Source of the DNA: a candidate division FCPU426 bacterium
GTDB lineage: Bacteria; Oederibacteriota; Muellerivitia; Muellerivitales; Muellerivitaceae
Assembly: GCA_030041545.1 (NCBI GenBank)
Contig: JASHNQ010000049.1
Location: forward strand, 32,374-96,373
Direction: 5' to 3'
DNA length: 64,000 nucleotides
Shown in pieces: positions 60,856-64,000 of the stretch; the first letter of the stretch is position 1; each line of letters begins with the position of its first letter. The translations under genes were made by a program, and so were the position numbers. Under the pieces are notes generated by a model. It saw only the letters and a program-made list of their open reading frames with translations, made no database searches and was not told the origin of the DNA.

Positions 60856-61982
60856 TGGCGCTGAAACACCTCCGAGACTTCAACCATAAACCCCTTGGCC
60901 AAATTCTGTTGGCCACCCTTCTCTTTTGTTTCGTCTTTCTTGCCCTTTTTACGGGTCTCTATAAGGCCGGAACCGTATACATTGTGAAAGAGCGTACCCG
61001 CCGGGCGGTGAACCTAACCGCCCTAACCGGGGGCGCCGTCTATGCCAATGGTCTCCAACTGGTAAGGGAGGCCAACGCGGCCATTATGGCTTTTGCTTAC
61101 TACGATGCAGCGATGGTGGCCAGAGCCATCAGCGAAGCCCTCCTAGCTCCTCCTCCCTTGGATATCGCCGCTGTGGCTTTGGCCGCGGAAAAAGCCGATC
61201 CGGACACCCGGAAGCCCGCCCAAGACATTGCCACCAAGATTTTCGGAGTGGGCACCCCTAAGGGGGTGGGCCTTTATCCGGCGTTAATTGAAGGGCAAGC
61301 CGTGGTGACAGCCGGCGAGAATTCCCTTTCAAAACTCCCGCCTTTTTATGTTTACAATTACGAAACCGCGGACGACGCGGACGTTGCCGTTCCCAACATG
61401 GCGTTACGTTTTCGTTACGCGGATGAATTCTTACCCAATGGTAACCAGGCGCCCTATTCCCTGGCCCACAACGGAGTCAGGCATTATTTCGAGGCCGACC
61501 AAGTGGAGCCCGCTAAAAACCCCCGTCACCCGGAACAAATGAGGGTCAAAAAATCTTTTGATTCGGAATTTGCTGGTTGGTGGGTCCGCCGGGAAAAAGG
61601 CGCCGAAGAAGGCAAGGGAGTAAATGGTCTGTCAAGCCACAATCCTTTTTCCGGAATTTCAAATATCGGCCTTTTAAAGAATTATTTGCGCCAATTCAAG
61701 CTGGACATCACCGACCGGGATGATCCCCCCTGTCACACCTTTTCGCTGCTTGGAAACATGAAAATGAAGCCCGAAGGCGAAGACAAGGCCATCTACGAAG
61801 TGGGTGAGGTCCGTGTGGAAAGCGACGGGATCGCCGCATGGAGTAAAAATCCTTTTGAAATTTACCTCACACGGGTCAATATCGATGCTTTTCCTGTTTT
61901 GCGGGATTCGCTCAGAAAACTCCGAGGCATCCCGTTTATCGGCGACATTCTTAAAAGTTCGGACATATTGAACGGAATATGA
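60855..61982 (+). CDS. Hypothetical membrane-anchored protein of the Tad locus (375 aa), possibly TadG-like
   Basis: N-terminal TM (…ILLATLLFCFVFLALFTGL…); overlaps neighbours by 1-4 nt. Confidence 0.4.
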   Translation: MALKHLRDFNHKPLGQILLATLLFCFVFLALFTGLYKAGTVYIVKERTRRAVNLTALTGGAVYANGLQLVREANAAIMAFAYYDAAMVARAISEALLAPPPLDIAAVALAAEKADPDTRKPAQDIATKIFGVGTPKGVGLYPALIEGQAVVTAGENSLSKLPPFYVYNYETADDADVAVPNMALRFRYADEFLPNGNQAPYSLAHNGVRHYFEADQVEPAKNPRHPEQMRVKKSFDSEFAGWWVRREKGAEEGKGVNGLSSHNPFSGISNIGLLKNYLRQFKLDITDRDDPPCHTFSLLGNMKMKPEGEDKAIYEVGEVRVESDGIAAWSKNPFEIYLTRVNIDAFPVLRDSLRKLRGIPFIGDILKSSDILNGI

Positions 61983-62443
61983 ACCTAATCCTTTTCACAA
62001 ATAATAAGGGCCAGGCCTTAGCTGAAATGGTCTTGTCTATTCCCTTGCTGTTTTTACTTATAGCGGGGATAGCCCAATTCGCTGTCCTATTTTTGTGTTA
62101 TGTCCAATTCGAACACGCCTGTGGCGAGGCGGCCCGCCAATACACGGCTCGCATTGTCGAAAAAGACTCGCTTGGCCCCGCCATCACGGACAACCTTGGA
62201 TATCTTGGCCGGTATTTCGACTTGGCTTCTTTAAGCGTCAAAATCCAAGAGCCGGGTGGCACCGCGGATGAGGTTCTTGACAATGTCAGGAACGCCATCT
62301 CCTTAATCCCCTTTACAATAAATTATGACGGCGCCGAATGGGCGGTTGATATCAATGCCCGACCTCCCTTCTGCTTTAGGCCGCTGTTCCCCCACGGAAT
62401 TCCTTTCCATACCGTGCTACAGGTCTATCGGTATCCTCAGTGA
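61979..62443 (+). CDS. TadE/TadF-like pseudopilin
   Basis: …NNKGQALAEMVLSIPLLFLLIAGIAQFAVLF…. Confidence 0.6.
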   Translation: MNLILFTNNKGQALAEMVLSIPLLFLLIAGIAQFAVLFLCYVQFEHACGEAARQYTARIVEKDSLGPAITDNLGYLGRYFDLASLSVKIQEPGGTADEVLDNVRNAISLIPFTINYDGAEWAVDINARPPFCFRPLFPHGIPFHTVLQVYRYPQ

Positions 62444-62449
62444 GGCCCC

Positions 62450-63175
62450 ATGGTTCATTCCCATAAATGGTTTTGGATAACCCTTTTCGGTTGGTGTTTT
62501 ATCGCCACCTTAAGCGCCTGGGCCCTCATCTTTTCGCCTTTTCACCTAAATGCCCAAAAGGTCTCGGAATTTTCAACCGAGGTTAACGGATCGGCTGAAG
62601 TTAACCAGATCTTGGTTTGCGCTTCCCCATTACGGGAATCCTTGCAGGCTATCACCCGGCGGTGGCAATCCGAGGGATGGAAATGCACCACCGGAACGCT
62701 CAACTTGGCTCCTGTCGTGTTGAAATTACCAAAGGAAGACCCGTCGGGCATGGACTCACTAGCCCAATTAAGGATATTCCAAAAAGGCGGTCTTTGCCGC
62801 TTGTTGGGCCTTCTGAGCGATTTCAACGACAACCAAACTTATGAATGGATTGCGGAGATCCCACAAAAAGCCCTTAAAAGCCCGAAGCCTTCCGAGATGG
62901 ATTTTCCCTTTAAGCCGCCTTCCCCGGCCTTGGACATCATGGATGTTAAATCCGGGAAAATTGAAATCTGCAGGTGGTCCTTGATGTCTTCCAAAGACCC
63001 GAATCTTCAATTTAGTGAAACCTATGCCGCCCAAGGTTTTAGCGGTCGGCTTTGGTCCAAGCAAAACGGGGAATCGGTTTATATCCTCCAGCGCGGCACA
63101 CTCCGGCTATTGGCGGTTGTCGAAGCGGATCACGAAAAAATTTTAATTTCAGTGGTGAAACTCGACAAAGTTTAG
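62450..63175 (+). CDS. Hypothetical N-terminally anchored protein of the Tad locus (241 aa)
   Basis: N-terminal TM (WFWITLFGWCFIATLSAWALIF); no family recognised. Confidence 0.4.
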   Translation: MVHSHKWFWITLFGWCFIATLSAWALIFSPFHLNAQKVSEFSTEVNGSAEVNQILVCASPLRESLQAITRRWQSEGWKCTTGTLNLAPVVLKLPKEDPSGMDSLAQLRIFQKGGLCRLLGLLSDFNDNQTYEWIAEIPQKALKSPKPSEMDFPFKPPSPALDIMDVKSGKIEICRWSLMSSKDPNLQFSETYAAQGFSGRLWSKQNGESVYILQRGTLRLLAVVEADHEKILISVVKLDKV

Positions 63176-63243
63176 TTTAAAATTCGTTGTATTTTTCAGG
63201 CATTTTTTAAACCGAATCCGGATTTCCTTCGTCTTGGAGAACC

Positions 63244-64000
63244 ATGAACAACCGCAAATCGGTCATCGCGCTGGTTATAGGCATTCTGTCGGGCGGCCTC
63301 GCCTTTTATATCCTCTACCAAAACGCGTCCGAGATCGATCAAAAGGCCACCCCGGTCCAAGTCTTGGTGGCATCCGATTACATCCCGGCCGGCGTTTTTT
63401 TGGGGCCCAATATGGTCGAAAAAAAGCCGGTCCCCGGTTCCTATGTCAGCCCCAGCGCCATCCGGGATTTGAAGGAAGTGGACGGCTTGATGACCCTGGT
63501 GCCCATTTCCGCGGGCGAGCAAATCCTTTCAAACAAATTCGGCGTGGGAGAGGAAACCCTGGCCCTGGCCTTGAATCCGGGCTACCGGGCTTACACGCTG
63601 GCGGTGGATGAGACCAGCGGCGTCGGAAACTTGGTCCGCCCCGGAAACCACGTGGACATTCTCACGAAGGTCGAAACGGACAAGCGGTCGGTGACTTCCT
63701 TTGTGTTCCAAAATGTCCAAGTCCTGGCGGTGGGCCAAAAGCTGAACTGGAAATCCAGCCCGGCCAAAAACACTTCCACCGATGCCTCCAATGACGACGA
63801 TGCGGGTTACAGCACGGTGACCCTGGCCGTGACGCCGGAACAGGCCGAAACCTTGATGGACCTGGAAGGCCGCCCCCTCCGCCTCGTTTTGCGGGGCCCC
63901 AACGACGATGAAATCGTTTCGGTTCCATCCCAAAGCGAATCGGACGTGCTGGCCAAGCTGGGACATTTTGTCCCCGCCGCGAGGCCTGGGATCCAAATTA
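63244..64000 (+). CDS. cpaB: Flp pilus assembly protein CpaB/RcpC (3' end beyond window)
   Basis: Hand translation from ATG at 63244: MNNRKSVIALVIGILSGGLAFYILYQNASEIDQKATPVQVLVASDYIPAGVFLGPNMVEKKPVPGSYVSPSAI… SAF/CpaB pattern; no stop before window end. Confidence 0.8.
   Translation, partial: MNNRKSVIALVIGILSGGLAFYILYQNASEIDQKATPVQVLVASDYIPAGVFLGPNMVEKKPVPGSYVSPSAIRDLKEVDGLMTLVPISAGEQILSNKFGVGEETLALALNPGYRAYTLAVDETSGVGNLVRPGNHVDILTKVETDKRSVTSFVFQNVQVLAVGQKLNWKSSPAKNTSTDASNDDDAGYSTVTLAVTPEQAETLMDLEGRPLRLVLRGPNDDEIVSVPSQSESDVLAKLGHFVPAARPGIQI

Noticed and set aside
63529-63996. 155-aa minus-strand ORF at window end
   Set aside because: It is antisense to the clear cpaB reading frame.

Overview
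This 64-kb window is a chromosomal segment from a Gram-negative bacterium (about 55-60% GC by eye) in which nearly every gene lies on the minus strand. Read right to left it encodes the following.
- A Tad/Flp pilus locus and the mreBCD-mrdA-rodA cell-shape operon.
- An amino-acid biosynthesis block: PfkB-family kinase, two class I aminotransferases, homoserine dehydrogenase, threonine synthase, aspartate kinase, a citramalate/2-isopropylmalate synthase homologue, and murI.
- A redox/metal group: TlpA, a Fur-family regulator and GreA.
- A second threonine-synthase paralogue carrying an N-terminal zinc ribbon.
- A GH127 hydrolase.
- A compact operon made of a MoaD/ThiS/CysO-type sulfur carrier (Gly-Gly plus a 4-residue tail), a stand-alone NIL-domain protein, a ThiF-like protein with a degenerate nucleotide loop, and a cysteine synthase.
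- Housekeeping genes yjbQ, miaE, a DsbA/FrnE oxidoreductase, yihY, a second ThiF/MoeB, a CPBP protease and a 1-Cys peroxiredoxin.
- A complete sulfate-assimilation block: porin, sbp, an HPr-like gene, cysTWA, cysDN.
- A glycogen-like block: GH57, glgB and a translationally coupled GT-C-like membrane protein.
- gltB and the start of gltD.

I found no rRNA, no intact tRNA, no CRISPR-cas and no transposase or integrase. The non-coding regions hold the unusual material.
- An approximately 480-bp array of palindromic 21-bp units between cysA and cysD.
- A 210-bp MITE-like element with perfect 17-bp terminal inverted repeats that share the array's GAGACTC core.
- Three copies of an approximately 70-nt conserved two-box element around the peroxiredoxin and porin genes, two of them coupled to strong intrinsic terminators.
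- A DinB-family gene interrupted by a single in-frame amber codon.
- A 17-bp inverted-repeat pair flanking an XRE regulator gene.
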